Of a DNA stretch of 64,000 nucleotides, positions 47,712 to 58,212 are shown in pieces (the stretch's first letter is position 1; every line of letters begins with the position of its first letter). The position numbers were made by a program, and so were the translations under genes. The stretch comes from Thermoanaerobaculia bacterium (GTDB taxonomy: Bacteria > Acidobacteriota > Thermoanaerobaculia > Multivoradales > Multivoraceae), in the NCBI GenBank assembly GCA_963664405.1, contig OY761158.1, positions 448,001-512,000 of the forward strand. The letters are read 5' to 3'. Under the pieces are notes generated by a model, which saw only the letters and a list, made by a program, of their open reading frames with translations, made no database searches and was not told the DNA's origin.

Positions 47712-48926
47712 ATGCTCTTCACTCCCCTCTGCGCGCCGACCGAAGAGAAGAACCCGGTCGGCGAAAGACCCCGCCTGGCTACCTGGCTGCGACATCGCAA
47801 GCGGTCGCTATTGCGCCAGATGGTCACAGGAATTCCGCCAGACGTCCTCTCCTTTGCCGGCGGGCTACCGGCTCCCGACCTCTTTCCAAGCAAGGACTTC
47901 TCGTTCGCCCTCGAGGAAACTCTACGCAACGACACGAAGAGCCTCCAGTACGACTCCGAGTACGGCGATCTAAAGGCACAGATCGTCGCCCTGATGGCTC
48001 GCCGTGGAGTGCACTGCCACAGCGACAATGTGGTCCTTACGGCAGGCGCACAGCAGGGTCTTTCTGTCCTCTCGCATCTGCTTCTGGACCGCGGCAAGAC
48101 GGTGCTTCTGGAGAAGGTTACCTACACTGGAATTCAACAGGCAATTGCCTTCTCGGACCCGCAGGTTCGTGAGCTCCCCACTTCTCTGCACGACGGTATC
48201 GAGCTCCCCGAGCTCACCAAGCTCCTGAGCGCGCTCCAGGACCCCGCATTCCTCTATCTCGTCCCCGATTTCGCCAATCCGACAGGAAGCAGTATTCCAC
48301 TCGTGCGACGCCGAGAACTGGTCGAGCTCGCCCGGCTCCATCGCCTCCCGATAATCGAGGACGACCCTTACGGCTTCCTTGCCTACGACGGTCAGGCCCC
48401 GCCACCCCTGCGAGCCTGCGATGAAGAATGGATTTTCTATGTCGGTTCGTTCTCCAAGATCATCGCGCCGGCGCTGCGACTCGGGTGGATGGTTCTTCCT
48501 CGGGAGCTTGCCGAAAAGGCCTCGATCATCAAGGAGGCCGCCGACCTGGAGTGCTCCGCGCTACTGCAACGCGCAACCTCCCGCTTCCTGGCCCGTCTCG
48601 ACCTATCCGACCATCTCGACCGGCTTCGAAAGGTCTACGGTGAGCGACGGGACGCGATGCTCGAGGCTCTCGATCGCTATCTACCGGCCGGCGTCAGCTT
48701 CAGCCGGCCTGCCGGCGGAATGTTCGTCTGGCTGGAGTTAGCGAAGGGCCTGAACAGCCAGGCGCTACTCGCCAGGGCTATCGACGAACAAGGTATCGCA
48801 TTCGTGCCGGGAACAGCCTTCACCAATAGTGGCCACGGAGCGGAGAACTGCCTCCGCCTGAGCTTCTCCCAGGCCACACCCAATCAAATCGAAGACGGCA
48901 TTCGCCGTCTTGCCAAACTCTTTTAA
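47712..48926 (+). CDS. PLP-dependent aminotransferase (LysN/ARO8-like, probably aromatic)
   Basis: SFAGGLP, FANPTG, IEDDPYG, GSFSKI.APALRLGW, GGMF.W, RLSFS. Confidence 0.9.
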   Translation: MLFTPLCAPTEEKNPVGERPRLATWLRHRKRSLLRQMVTGIPPDVLSFAGGLPAPDLFPSKDFSFALEETLRNDTKSLQYDSEYGDLKAQIVALMARRGVHCHSDNVVLTAGAQQGLSVLSHLLLDRGKTVLLEKVTYTGIQQAIAFSDPQVRELPTSLHDGIELPELTKLLSALQDPAFLYLVPDFANPTGSSIPLVRRRELVELARLHRLPIIEDDPYGFLAYDGQAPPPLRACDEEWIFYVGSFSKIIAPALRLGWMVLPRELAEKASIIKEAADLECSALLQRATSRFLARLDLSDHLDRLRKVYGERRDAMLEALDRYLPAGVSFSRPAGGMFVWLELAKGLNSQALLARAIDEQGIAFVPGTAFTNSGHGAENCLRLSFSQATPNQIEDGIRRLAKLF

Positions 48927-48939
48927 CGGAGATCCAACC

Positions 48940-50034
48940 ATGACCGATTACTGCCCGATCGAGGGTTTTGACCATCTTGAGCTCTACGTCGGTAACGCTC
49001 GCCAAGCTGCCCAGTTCTACAACCGCTGCTTCGGCTTCAGCATCGTCGGCTATCGCGGCCTCGAGACCGGGGATCGCGACTTGGCATCCTACGTACTCGA
49101 CCAGGGGTCGATCCGGCTGGTGCTGACTACGGCGCTCACCTCCGAGCACCCGGTGGCAAAGCACGTCCTTCGTCACGGCGATAGCGTCGGAGCGCTGGCG
49201 CTGGCCGTCCCAAGTGCTCGAAAGGCTTACGAAGCGACTCTCGCGCGCGGGGCTCGAGGCGCCGCCGACCCCCGCGAAGAGTCCGACGACATGGGCGTGG
49301 TGCGCACCGCGGCAATTCACATCTACGGCGACACGGTGCTCCGGTTCATCGAGCGTGGAGACTATGGCGGCAAGTTCGGGCCAGGCTTCGAAAGCCGCGG
49401 CAACGGCGACGCGAACGGATACCGAGCCGGACTGGAGCAGGTGGACCACGTCGTTGGCAATGTCGCGCTTGGCGCAATGAACGAGTGGGTCACGTTCTTC
49501 AGCAACACGATGGGCTTCTCGCAGCTCGCTCACTTCGACGACGAAGCCATCTCGACCGAGTACTCCGCCCTGATGTCGAAGGTAATGCAGGACGGTTCGG
49601 GCAAGATCAAGTTCCCGATCAACGAGCCGGCCGAAGGCAAACGAAAGTCGCAGATCCAGGAGTTTCTCGACTACCACGGCGGGCCCGGCGTACAGCACAT
49701 CGCCTGCACCACGAGCGACATCATCGCCACCGTCGAGGCATTGGAGTCCAATGGCATTGACTTCCTTCGCGTGCCTGGCACCTACTACGAGGATCTCGAG
49801 GCGCGCGTCGGCAAGATCGACGAGCCGATAGACCGGCTCGCCGAGCTCGGAATCCTCGTCGACCGCGACGAGGACGGCTATCTTCTCCAGATCTTCACTC
49901 AACCTGTGGAGGATCGCCCCACCCTCTTCTTCGAGGTGATCGAGAGACACGGCGCACGAGGCTTCGGCGAAGGCAACTTCAAGTCTCTGTTCGAGGCCAT
50001 CGAGCGCGAGCAGGGAGCCCGGGGGAATCTGTGA
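48940..50034 (+). CDS. hppD: 4-hydroxyphenylpyruvate dioxygenase
   Basis: DHVVGNV, PINEP, SQIQEFL...GPGVQHIA, LLQIFT, FEVIER..GFGEGNF. Confidence 0.97.
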   Translation: MTDYCPIEGFDHLELYVGNARQAAQFYNRCFGFSIVGYRGLETGDRDLASYVLDQGSIRLVLTTALTSEHPVAKHVLRHGDSVGALALAVPSARKAYEATLARGARGAADPREESDDMGVVRTAAIHIYGDTVLRFIERGDYGGKFGPGFESRGNGDANGYRAGLEQVDHVVGNVALGAMNEWVTFFSNTMGFSQLAHFDDEAISTEYSALMSKVMQDGSGKIKFPINEPAEGKRKSQIQEFLDYHGGPGVQHIACTTSDIIATVEALESNGIDFLRVPGTYYEDLEARVGKIDEPIDRLAELGILVDRDEDGYLLQIFTQPVEDRPTLFFEVIERHGARGFGEGNFKSLFEAIEREQGARGNL

Positions 50035-51188
50035 GTTACTACTACCGACTCGGCAGCATCCCTCACAAACGGCACACCCAGTTTCGAGGAGACGATGGAT
50101 CCCTTCACCACGAAGAGGTGATGGGTGTTCACGGCTTTGCGGGAGCGCAATCGACTCTCTACCACCTCCGTCCACCCACTCGAGTGCGTCGGATCGAGAA
50201 TCTGACGCTAGCTGAGACGAAGATCGAAGAGCCTGGCCCTCTGCGCCACCGACATCTCCGATCCGCAGCTCTCGAGGGAGCGGGCGATGCCGTCTCCGGC
50301 CGAGTCCAACTGATGGCGAACGGCGACCTCAGTCTCTCCGTGGCTCGCCCGGTCAAGGAGATGAGTTATTGGTATCGCTTCGCTCACGGTGACGAGATCA
50401 TCTTCATTCATGAAGGCAGCGGCTCCCTCCACACACAGTTCGGCGACCTTCGATACCGGTCCGGCGACTACGTCGTCATACCCACGGGCGTGCTCTGGCG
50501 TCTCGTTCCGGATACCGGCGTCGAGCAGCGAATGCTGGTCGTCGAGGCCTACGGCCATGTCGGGCCACCCCGGCGTTACATCAACGACTTCGGTCAGTTC
50601 CTGGAACACTCTCCCTACTGCGAAAGGGATCTACGACCACCGGATGATCTCGTCACCCACGATGAAGAGGGTGAGTTCGAAGTACGCATCAAAGCGCGCG
50701 ACCGAATCACTCGCTATTTCTTCGACCATCATCCTCTCGACGTCGTCGGCTGGGACGGTCATCTGTGGCCCTACGCCTTCAACATCGAGGATTTCGAGCC
50801 GATCACAGGCAGCGTGCATCAACCGCCCCCGGTCCATCAGACCTTCGAGGGCCCTGGCTTCGTGCTCTGCTCCTTCGTGCCCCGGCTCTTCGACTACCAC
50901 CCCGAAGCCATCCCAGCTCCCTACAATCACTCCAACGTCGACTCCGACGAGGTCATCTACTACGTCGACGGCGCCTTCATGTCACGAAAAGGCATCGAGA
51001 GCGCGTCGATCACAGTACACCCCAACGGCATCCCTCACGGCCCCCACCCGGGAACTTACGAGGGGTCGATCGGAAAGAAGCGCACCGAAGAGCTTGCGGT
51101 GATGGTCGACACCTTTCGCCCCCTGGAGCTCACTCGTAGAGCCACTGAGTTGGAAGACCCGGACTACGCCTACAGCTGGCTCGACTGA
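50031..51188 (+). CDS. hmgA: Homogentisate 1,2-dioxygenase
   Basis: HPLDVVGWDG, HQPPPVH.TF, PYNHSNVDSDE, HP.GIPHGP, AVMVDTF; directly downstream of hppD. Confidence 0.93.
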   Translation: MSYYYRLGSIPHKRHTQFRGDDGSLHHEEVMGVHGFAGAQSTLYHLRPPTRVRRIENLTLAETKIEEPGPLRHRHLRSAALEGAGDAVSGRVQLMANGDLSLSVARPVKEMSYWYRFAHGDEIIFIHEGSGSLHTQFGDLRYRSGDYVVIPTGVLWRLVPDTGVEQRMLVVEAYGHVGPPRRYINDFGQFLEHSPYCERDLRPPDDLVTHDEEGEFEVRIKARDRITRYFFDHHPLDVVGWDGHLWPYAFNIEDFEPITGSVHQPPPVHQTFEGPGFVLCSFVPRLFDYHPEAIPAPYNHSNVDSDEVIYYVDGAFMSRKGIESASITVHPNGIPHGPHPGTYEGSIGKKRTEELAVMVDTFRPLELTRRATELEDPDYAYSWLD

Positions 51189-51242
51189 CACGTCCCTAAC
51201 TAGAACTATCGAGGGCGCGACGCGAACCTCGGGAACACGGGT

Positions 51243-51641
51243 CTAGCAGCAGGCTCTCTTTCGTGCCTCGGCGCCGCAAGCGTCCAGATCCGGGCAAGAG
51301 CAGTCCTGCAGAAAGTCGAGCAGCTCGAGCATCCCACGCAGCTCCTCGACCTTCTTCGTAAGCTCACACCGCTTCTCAGCGACGAAGCTCTGCCAACGCG
51401 TTGCCGCCGTTGCTCCGCGAGGAAAGCCCCGGAAGAGCGTGCGAATCTCGGCGATCGAAAAGCCGGCCCGCTGAGCGAGACGGATCACCGCGAGCCGATC
51501 GCATACGGACTCTTCATAGACCCGCCGACCCGACCTCCTCGCAGTCGGGTCGAGGAGGCGCTCGCTCTCGTAGAAGCGAATTGCGGACGGTTTCAGATCC
51601 ATTCTCCGCGCCACTTCTCCGATACTCAGTTCATCACTCAT
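51243..51641 (-). CDS. MerR-family (SoxR-like) regulator
   Basis: SIGEVA..SAIRFYE, R.SGRR.Y, AGFSIAEI, C-terminal CSC-x5-C plus terminal CC. Confidence 0.9.
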   Translation of the reverse strand: MSDELSIGEVARRMDLKPSAIRFYESERLLDPTARRSGRRVYEESVCDRLAVIRLAQRAGFSIAEIRTLFRGFPRGATAATRWQSFVAEKRCELTKKVEELRGMLELLDFLQDCSCPDLDACGAEARKRACC

Positions 51642-51650
51642 TGAAAGTCC

Positions 51651-51681
51651 TTGACTTCAAGTTAACTTGAGCTACTACGGT
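51651..51681 (+). promoter_or_regulatory. MerR/SoxR-type promoter with SoxR-box palindrome
   Basis: TTGACT (51651), 19-bp spacer containing TCAAGTTAACTTGA, TACGGT (51676); divergent from the MerR gene. Confidence 0.9.
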
Positions 51682-51727
51682 ACAGGTCCAAGGCCTTGCC
51701 GTACAACTTCCCGTCAGGAGCGAAACA

Positions 51728-52167
51728 TGAATGTCCTATCGAGTCCCCCCATCGAAACCATCCTTTCCCTGGCCCTCGCAATCGTCGCGATCGCACCGGT
51801 CACCGCCTTGGCGCTAGCTTCGAGCGAAGAACGCGGCACCCAAGAGAGCAAGGGCACACCGGCAATCGCCTGTTCGCTCACCTCTCCCGAGCTTCGCGAG
51901 CGCACCATCAAAATCAGACGCGACCTACTACCTCATGTCATCAAGACAATAGAGCTCCCCAACGGCATAGCCTTCCTGGTACCCAATGAAGACGGACAGA
52001 TCCAACGACTCGCCGAATTCGTCGAGCTGGAGAGCAAGTGCTGCGCCTTTCTCGACTTCGAGATTCGCGTCGACGCGGGCTCGGCATCCATCTCGCTACG
52101 ACTGACAGGCCCCGAGGAAGCGAAAGCCGTTCTCGAGGCAATGGCCGAGAGCTTCCAAAACCTATAA
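51728..52167 (+). CDS. Small exported Cys-containing protein (ACSL...CC), target of the MerR regulator
   Basis: AGGAG RBS before ATG 51728; hydrophobic N-terminus; IACSLT and ESKCCAFLDF. Confidence 0.75.
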
Positions 52168-52248
52168 CGCTCCAGTGTCCGCTCGGTGCTGCTCTGACAC
52201 CGAAGGCGAACAGCAGGCGCCGTGACCAGCCTCGGAACAGAGCCTGGG

Positions 52249-55200
52249 CTATCGATACTCGTGGTACAGCAACCAGCCGGCCGCCTCCGCGTCACCCAGA
52301 TCCGCTAGAAGTATCTTCCACGCCGCCGCCTCATCCGCATCTCTTCCAATGCCGTAGAGAGCCTGATCGTAGAGCCTGCCGAGACCTGCTATAGCCCACC
52401 AATTCCCAGCCTCGGCCGAACGGCGGAGCCAGAGCAGGCCATTTTCCAGGTCCCGCTCGAGCTCCTCGCCCTTGAGCAACTCGTTGCCATAAAACATCAT
52501 GCAGAAGCTGTCTTTGGCACCAGCACAACGCTGCTGCCAAAGAAGAGCTTGGTCTGTATCAAGCTCAACGCCCTCGCCCCGCCTGTATGCGCCGCTGAGC
52601 ACTCGCATCGCCATCGCTTCTCCCGCATCGGCGGCCCGGTGAGCGAGCACGGCGCTGCGCTCGAGATCCACTTCCCCACCTAGTCCGATCGACAACAGGC
52701 GCGCGAGGAGCGCCGTCGCGGCAGCGTCTCCCCTCTCGGTCAACGCTTCGAGTCGCCGCACGCCTTCTACCAGGAGCTCCTCGTATGCGTCGGAGATTCG
52801 CCCCTCGTTGCCGAGGCGCGGAAATCCGTCTGAGCCGAGGCGCGCGGCCTCGGCCATGAGATCACGCGCGACCTCTACATCCCTCGTCCCCACAACTCCG
52901 GTAGCTGCCAGAAACGCCAGCGTTTCTACGGCCAGCGCGTCGGGCTGGCTTGCTACTTGCTCGAGCAGCCTCAGGCCGCGAAGCGTGCTCGCCTCACTCT
53001 CGCCGGCAAGAATCAGCGCCATACCCAAGTCGTAGGTCGCCCCTCGCTGGTGGGTCTCAGCGCCCGCCTCCAGCCACTCCAAAGACCCTGCCGCATCTCT
53101 CCGGACACACTCTCCGCGCCCGTAGACCAGCACCTTGCCAAGGAAGGCCGCCGCGACCGCGTTGCCAGCACGCGCACCGCGCTCGAGCCACCGCAATCCC
53201 TCTTCACATGCGGGCCCCGTCGGGTAGACGTTGAGGAGCATTCGAGAGGCTGCGACCATCGACTGAGTGTTACCGGCTTCGGCAGCCCGGCGATACGAGT
53301 CGAGGGCGGCGACCGGGTCCGAGGCCCCGAGACCTCTGCCGGTCTCGTTCATCCAGCCCAGGTTGTGCCAAGCCCAGCTCTGACCCTGCTCCGCGGCCGG
53401 CTCCAACCATCGACGGGCGCTCAGGAAATCTACCTCGACCCCTAGACCAATCAGGGCCGCGGTACCCATGAGGTACTGAGCATAGGAGTCTCCCTCGAGG
53501 GCCAAGACCTCGACCGCATCCACCGAAGAGGCAAACAGATCCTCCGCCGCCGGGGCACCTGTCAACACACTCGAAGGGGCAAGCCTCTGCACCAGGGCGA
53601 GCCGGAACATCGCCAGGGGATCGCCCATTGTTGCCGCCCGTGCGTAGAGGTCCGACGCGGCCAGCGGATCGTACCTCCCCCCTTCACCGGACTGGAAGCC
53701 GTCCGCTCTGAGGCGCAGCTCGCTGGCCGGGCCTGCGGTGTTCGGCTCGGATCCGCCGAACGCCGGAAGCGGTGTAGGCCCGGCAGAAGAAGGAGCGACC
53801 CTCGCCTGCGGCCCCAGGGCACGATACGCCTGCCCCAGCTCGTGATCGATCCAGCTCCGACTCCACTCTCCTCCCTTGCTGTCAGGCAGAACTCGCCGCG
53901 CATCGAGAAGGACCGCGATCGCTTTCCGCGGCTGATCCGCAGCAGTGAGGGCTCGTCCCGTGGCGCGGTAGAGATAGCTTGGCGGTGGGGAGAAACTGTC
54001 GCGAGAGTCATCGAGCAGCTCCTCCAGCTCCTCGACCCGACCCTCCTTCTCGAGAAAGACACCGAAGCCCACCCAGGCGTTTTCGCTTCGTGGGTCGAGC
54101 TCCAGAATCCGCCGCAACGCGCGTTCTGCGACCTCCGCCTGGCCGGCACTCTGTGCAGTGGAAGCCAACTTCCGCAGCGACTCCAGATCCTCGGGAAGGT
54201 CGGCTGCCTGAGACGCGAGAAAAACCGCGGCGCTCTGGTCGCTTCCGACCTCTGTCAGGAGCTCTGCCGCGCACTGCGGGACCTTGGCGGCCTCCTTTAC
54301 CAGATTCGTTTCCTCGCAGAGCCGGCGCGCCATTCCTTCCAGTGCCGTCGAGTCCCCCTCCCATGCAGCGGTGGCGAGCAATTCGACGGCAACGTCGCGG
54401 CGAGGGTTCTCGCCTTGAAGTGCCTCCCAGTAATGACGCTCCGCCGCGCCGATCTCCTCACGAATCAGGGCAGATCGAGCCGCCAGCGTGTGACCGCCCC
54501 TCACTCGCCATCGGTCCGAGGCGCCGAGGAGACTCTCGGCGAAGAGCTCGGCCTGCTCTTCCCCCGCAGCCTCGAGATAGAGCTCCCAGAGTGTCTCGGC
54601 GACGACAAACTCGAAACGCGCTTCGAGCTGCCCTTCCAGTAGCTCGACCGCTGCCGCCGGGTCTCCCCTTTCGAATAGCTCCCAGGCAAGATCAACGGCT
54701 TGGTCGCTGCGGAAGGACAGTGGTGCCCGCTGGTACCAGCGACGCAGAAGAGCGTAGTGGCGATCGTCGGGGTCTGCTAGCCGATAAACGACGTCGAGCG
54801 CCTTGAACAGGCCTTCCGCCGCCGGCTGGTTTTGCAATCGCCGTTCGAGAGCGTCGGCAGTGCCCGTCGGTAGCTGGCCGCGGTATACGCCATTCACTTT
54901 GAATACCCAGCCGCCGATGACCTGCGCCACTTCATCGGCAGGGGCAGTCTCGAGGAGCGCCATATAGAGCATGTGGGCATCCGGCAACTCCGAGCAGCTC
55001 CGCAATGCCGAGGCGACAGCCTGGTAACCGTTGTCGCCATCGACGACGACTTCAGCGGCAGCCGACAGAAGCTCGATCACTTCGCCGCAGCGCTCGGGGG
55101 TCTCCAGGCCTCGTGCTGCCGTGATCAAAGCGCGGACAGCGGCCGCAGGATCGAGGCTATCGAGAGCGTTGAGGAGGGCAGACCAGTCGCCGTCGGTGGC

Positions 55201-56133
55201 GGCAATCGCAGCCATCGACGATGTCGCGCGGGTAGAGACTTGCGACGGCTCGTCGGGGTCGCCGGCGATACGTGCCACGCAAGCGCGTGCCGGCTCCGTG
55301 AACTCAGGGCCTCCCTTACTCAGTGCCGCGAGACAGGAGCTCAGCCCGGTATTGCCACTTGGCGGAGTTTCGAAGAGATCGGCCAGCACGCGACGCGTGG
55401 ACTCCGGCTCTTGCTCGGGCATACTCGATGCCATCCAGCGCTCGACCATGGCCGGATCACCGGGAGCGGCACTAGCCCATCGCTGCAGTACCTCAGCCAG
55501 CTGGGTCTGATTGGCTCCCACTGTCTGCGCAAGCATCCGGTAGCCCATCGGGTGCTCGGGATTGCGAGCCAGGAAGGTCTCGACGGCGTCGCTAGCGCGC
55601 GCGACCTCGCCGCTCTGGCGCAGCGTATTCGTGGCTTGCCACACCACCAGTGGATCGTCCGGATAGCGGCCGAGAAGGGCGACGATGGCATCGCTCTTCC
55701 GGACTTGGTCCTGGATCTGAAAGGTGCGGAACAGCTCGGGGCCGCCGGCATCCGGCCGCAATTCCTGCCACCGGGAGAGGACTCGCTCACTCGTCGCCTC
55801 GCCGGCGCCGGGCTCGATCTCCGTTCCCTCGGCCATACTCCGAGCCCGGTCGAGCATGGTCGCGGACATGAGCACCGTTCCCCACGCCTGGAGGACGAAC
55901 ATCGGGTCACCCGTGTCCGACATTGCGAGCGCGGCTTCGAAGGTCTCTTCGTACTGCGCCTCTCGCGTGGCCAGGTCGGGCTCCGCCGAGGCCCGCTGCC
56001 GCGCCCTAGCGACGGAAAGCGAGCTCGCGCCCAGGAGCAGGGCTGAAACCAGAACGGAGACCTCCCGTCGTCGCCACCATCGCTGCGGGAGCGCGAGGCC
56101 GATGGAGTCGGACCATCTTCGTCGCATAGACAA
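52249..56133 (-). CDS. Large exported TPR plus Sel1-like repeat protein
   Basis: Signal-like N-terminus, TPR helices, many SLR motifs (AQYLMG..GLGV, AWHNLGWMNETGRG, AAEAGN). Confidence 0.85.
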   Translation of the reverse strand: MSMRRRWSDSIGLALPQRWWRRREVSVLVSALLLGASSLSVARARQRASAEPDLATREAQYEETFEAALAMSDTGDPMFVLQAWGTVLMSATMLDRARSMAEGTEIEPGAGEATSERVLSRWQELRPDAGGPELFRTFQIQDQVRKSDAIVALLGRYPDDPLVVWQATNTLRQSGEVARASDAVETFLARNPEHPMGYRMLAQTVGANQTQLAEVLQRWASAAPGDPAMVERWMASSMPEQEPESTRRVLADLFETPPSGNTGLSSCLAALSKGGPEFTEPARACVARIAGDPDEPSQVSTRATSSMAAIAATDGDWSALLNALDSLDPAAAVRALITAARGLETPERCGEVIELLSAAAEVVVDGDNGYQAVASALRSCSELPDAHMLYMALLETAPADEVAQVIGGWVFKVNGVYRGQLPTGTADALERRLQNQPAAEGLFKALDVVYRLADPDDRHYALLRRWYQRAPLSFRSDQAVDLAWELFERGDPAAAVELLEGQLEARFEFVVAETLWELYLEAAGEEQAELFAESLLGASDRWRVRGGHTLAARSALIREEIGAAERHYWEALQGENPRRDVAVELLATAAWEGDSTALEGMARRLCEETNLVKEAAKVPQCAAELLTEVGSDQSAAVFLASQAADLPEDLESLRKLASTAQSAGQAEVAERALRRILELDPRSENAWVGFGVFLEKEGRVEELEELLDDSRDSFSPPPSYLYRATGRALTAADQPRKAIAVLLDARRVLPDSKGGEWSRSWIDHELGQAYRALGPQARVAPSSAGPTPLPAFGGSEPNTAGPASELRLRADGFQSGEGGRYDPLAASDLYARAATMGDPLAMFRLALVQRLAPSSVLTGAPAAEDLFASSVDAVEVLALEGDSYAQYLMGTAALIGLGVEVDFLSARRWLEPAAEQGQSWAWHNLGWMNETGRGLGASDPVAALDSYRRAAEAGNTQSMVAASRMLLNVYPTGPACEEGLRWLERGARAGNAVAAAFLGKVLVYGRGECVRRDAAGSLEWLEAGAETHQRGATYDLGMALILAGESEASTLRGLRLLEQVASQPDALAVETLAFLAATGVVGTRDVEVARDLMAEAARLGSDGFPRLGNEGRISDAYEELLVEGVRRLEALTERGDAAATALLARLLSIGLGGEVDLERSAVLAHRAADAGEAMAMRVLSGAYRRGEGVELDTDQALLWQQRCAGAKDSFCMMFYGNELLKGEELERDLENGLLWLRRSAEAGNWWAIAGLGRLYDQALYGIGRDADEAAAWKILLADLGDAEAAGWLLYHEYR

Positions 56134-56194
56134 TATTCTATACGCGCGTTTGAACCTCGAGGCGGAGGTGGACCCTTGGACATCTATCGACTTA

Positions 56195-58199
56195 GGGTCG
56201 GCGCGGAAATAACTTCACATTATCGCCGGAGCGTGTGAGGCCGAGGCGCCACAGGGCGGTCGCTGCATTGGAGGTGGTGGTGAGCTGAGCCCAGGCTGTG
56301 GGGCAAGCTCTTCCTGCTCGGTTCGCGGTCTCGGCGAGAGGGTGTAGTTCCACTTTCCTAGGAAGTCGCTCCTGGCCACCGCGAGCTGCAGCATTTCCTT
56401 GTCCGATACCCTGACTCCTTTCTGGTATTGGCGTTGATCACGGCACGGCTCGACGCGCAGTCCGGTGGATGTCGTCGTGTTGCGGACGAGGTTGACGAGG
56501 ATCTCGAAACTCTCGAGAGGAACTCCGGCCCAGTTCTTGCTGATCTCGCTGAACATCCTGTGCTCGATGGGATTCCATTTACTGGTGCCAGTTGGATAGT
56601 GGGCGACGGTGATGATGAGGCCGCACTTGTCTACGAGCTTCTCCTGGAGGTACTTCTTCCAGGCTCGAAGCCGTGCGCCGTTGCTTGCGCCGCTGTCGGC
56701 AAGAATGAGGAGACGCTGAGACGCCGGATAGTGAGATCGACCGTATTTGAGCCACCAGGTCGCGATGCTGTTGACAGCGAACTCCGGCGTGTCCGACGAC
56801 TGTCCGAGGACGAGAACGCCGAAGTTCCTCTGAAGATCGTAGATCCCATAGGGGGAGGCGATGGCGAGAGCTTCGGACCGGAAGTCGTGATCCTTGACCC
56901 GCTTGGCCTCGCGGCACCATGTCTGTCCCTGGTTCTTGAACCGACCGATCAGCTCCTTCTTCTTCGTATCGACGCTGATGATCGGGTCGCCAGCGCTTGT
57001 GAAATCCTCGCGCAGTCGCTTGATGGCCTTGAACTGTGCATCACGATCTGGGGAGTTCCCCGAAGACAGACATTTCCTATTGCTCTTGAGGGAATAGTTC
57101 AGGTCTGCGAGCAATCGACGCACCACCGTAGCCGATACGATGATGTCAAGGCGTTCGGCAAGGCATTGGGCCACCTTTGCAGCGGTCTCGTGCGTCCATC
57201 TTTTTGATGACATGGGATCACCAGCTATATCGGCCTCGAGTATGGAATGGATTCCATCGACTATCTCGGGCGTTTTTTTTCCACTCGTTGGTTGCCACCG
57301 CCTGCTCTTCGAACTCTTCCGCGCTCCACGGAGCCGCCGAAGAGCTCGCGACGTCCTTTTGCGACTGTATGAGGGTCCAGGTCCAGAAGATCGGCGATCT
57401 TCCGGTCGCCGCCATGCCCGAGCTTGGTCGCTTCCAGGCCAGCGAAGAGCCGCCGCTGGCGTTCGTCTAGCAGGCTGAAGAATAAAACGATGGCAGCCCT
57501 GAGCTCCTCGGGGAGCACTTCTGGAACGAGGCTGGCAGCTACATCCTGGAGAGCCTGCCGTTCGTTGCGCATCAGCTTCTGCTGACGACGGCGCCCTGTT
57601 TCCGAGCACAAGTATACGAACCTCTTCCCAACTCTGGATCGTACGATTCTCTTGCGACGAACGAGGTGCAACATCGCGTGCTTGACCTCGACCTGCAGCA
57701 GGAGCTCGAGTTCAGAAGCCGTATAGCCGGCAGCGGACCGGTCCACGGCAGCCACCGCAGTTTCGAGGAGGCTGCCATGCCGACTGAACCTCGCCGAACC
57801 GCACGACCACAAACCCAGATCGTCGAAATCGGGAATCTCGTTCAAGGTATAGAACCGCCCTCGATCCGAGTAGCTGGCCAAATAGCCCAATCGAGACAGC
57901 GAACGGTAGACCGTCATGGTGGCTCGGGTTCCCATGGCGTCCTTGAGCTCATCCATGGTGGCCATCTGTTCGCTCATCAAGAGCTCGCGCACTGTTGCAT
58001 CACGATCTTCGGCTCGTACCATTTGGTATAGTTCCCCTTCCAAAAGAGGTGACAGGGGAAACTATACCAAATGCGGGCAGGGCTATGCTAGCTCTAAACC
58101 TTGCAAACAAGGCGCGTACCGGAGGATTATGCGGTGGCTGAAGAAGGGGGCAGTGGTATGGTCACCCCAGATACTGGAAACTTATTTCCGCGCCGACCC
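56195..58199 (-). mobile_element. ISAzo13-family insertion sequence
   Basis: Perfect IR GGGTCGGCGCGGAAATAA (56195-56212 / 58182-58199), flanked by TTA on both sides. CTTAG as a 5-bp duplication with a 1-nt shorter IR fits equally well. Confidence 0.92.
56215..58022 (-). CDS. ISAzo13-family DDE transposase split by a -1 frameshift at A8 (57273-57280)
   Basis: ORF A ends ...RVRRAGGGNQRVEKKRPR*; the second frame continues KKTPEI..GDPMS..ISVDTKKKELIG, DHDF, ADSG.SNG, SKWNPIEHRMFS. Confidence 0.9.
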
Positions 58200-58212
58200 T
58201 TAGGATTGGCGG

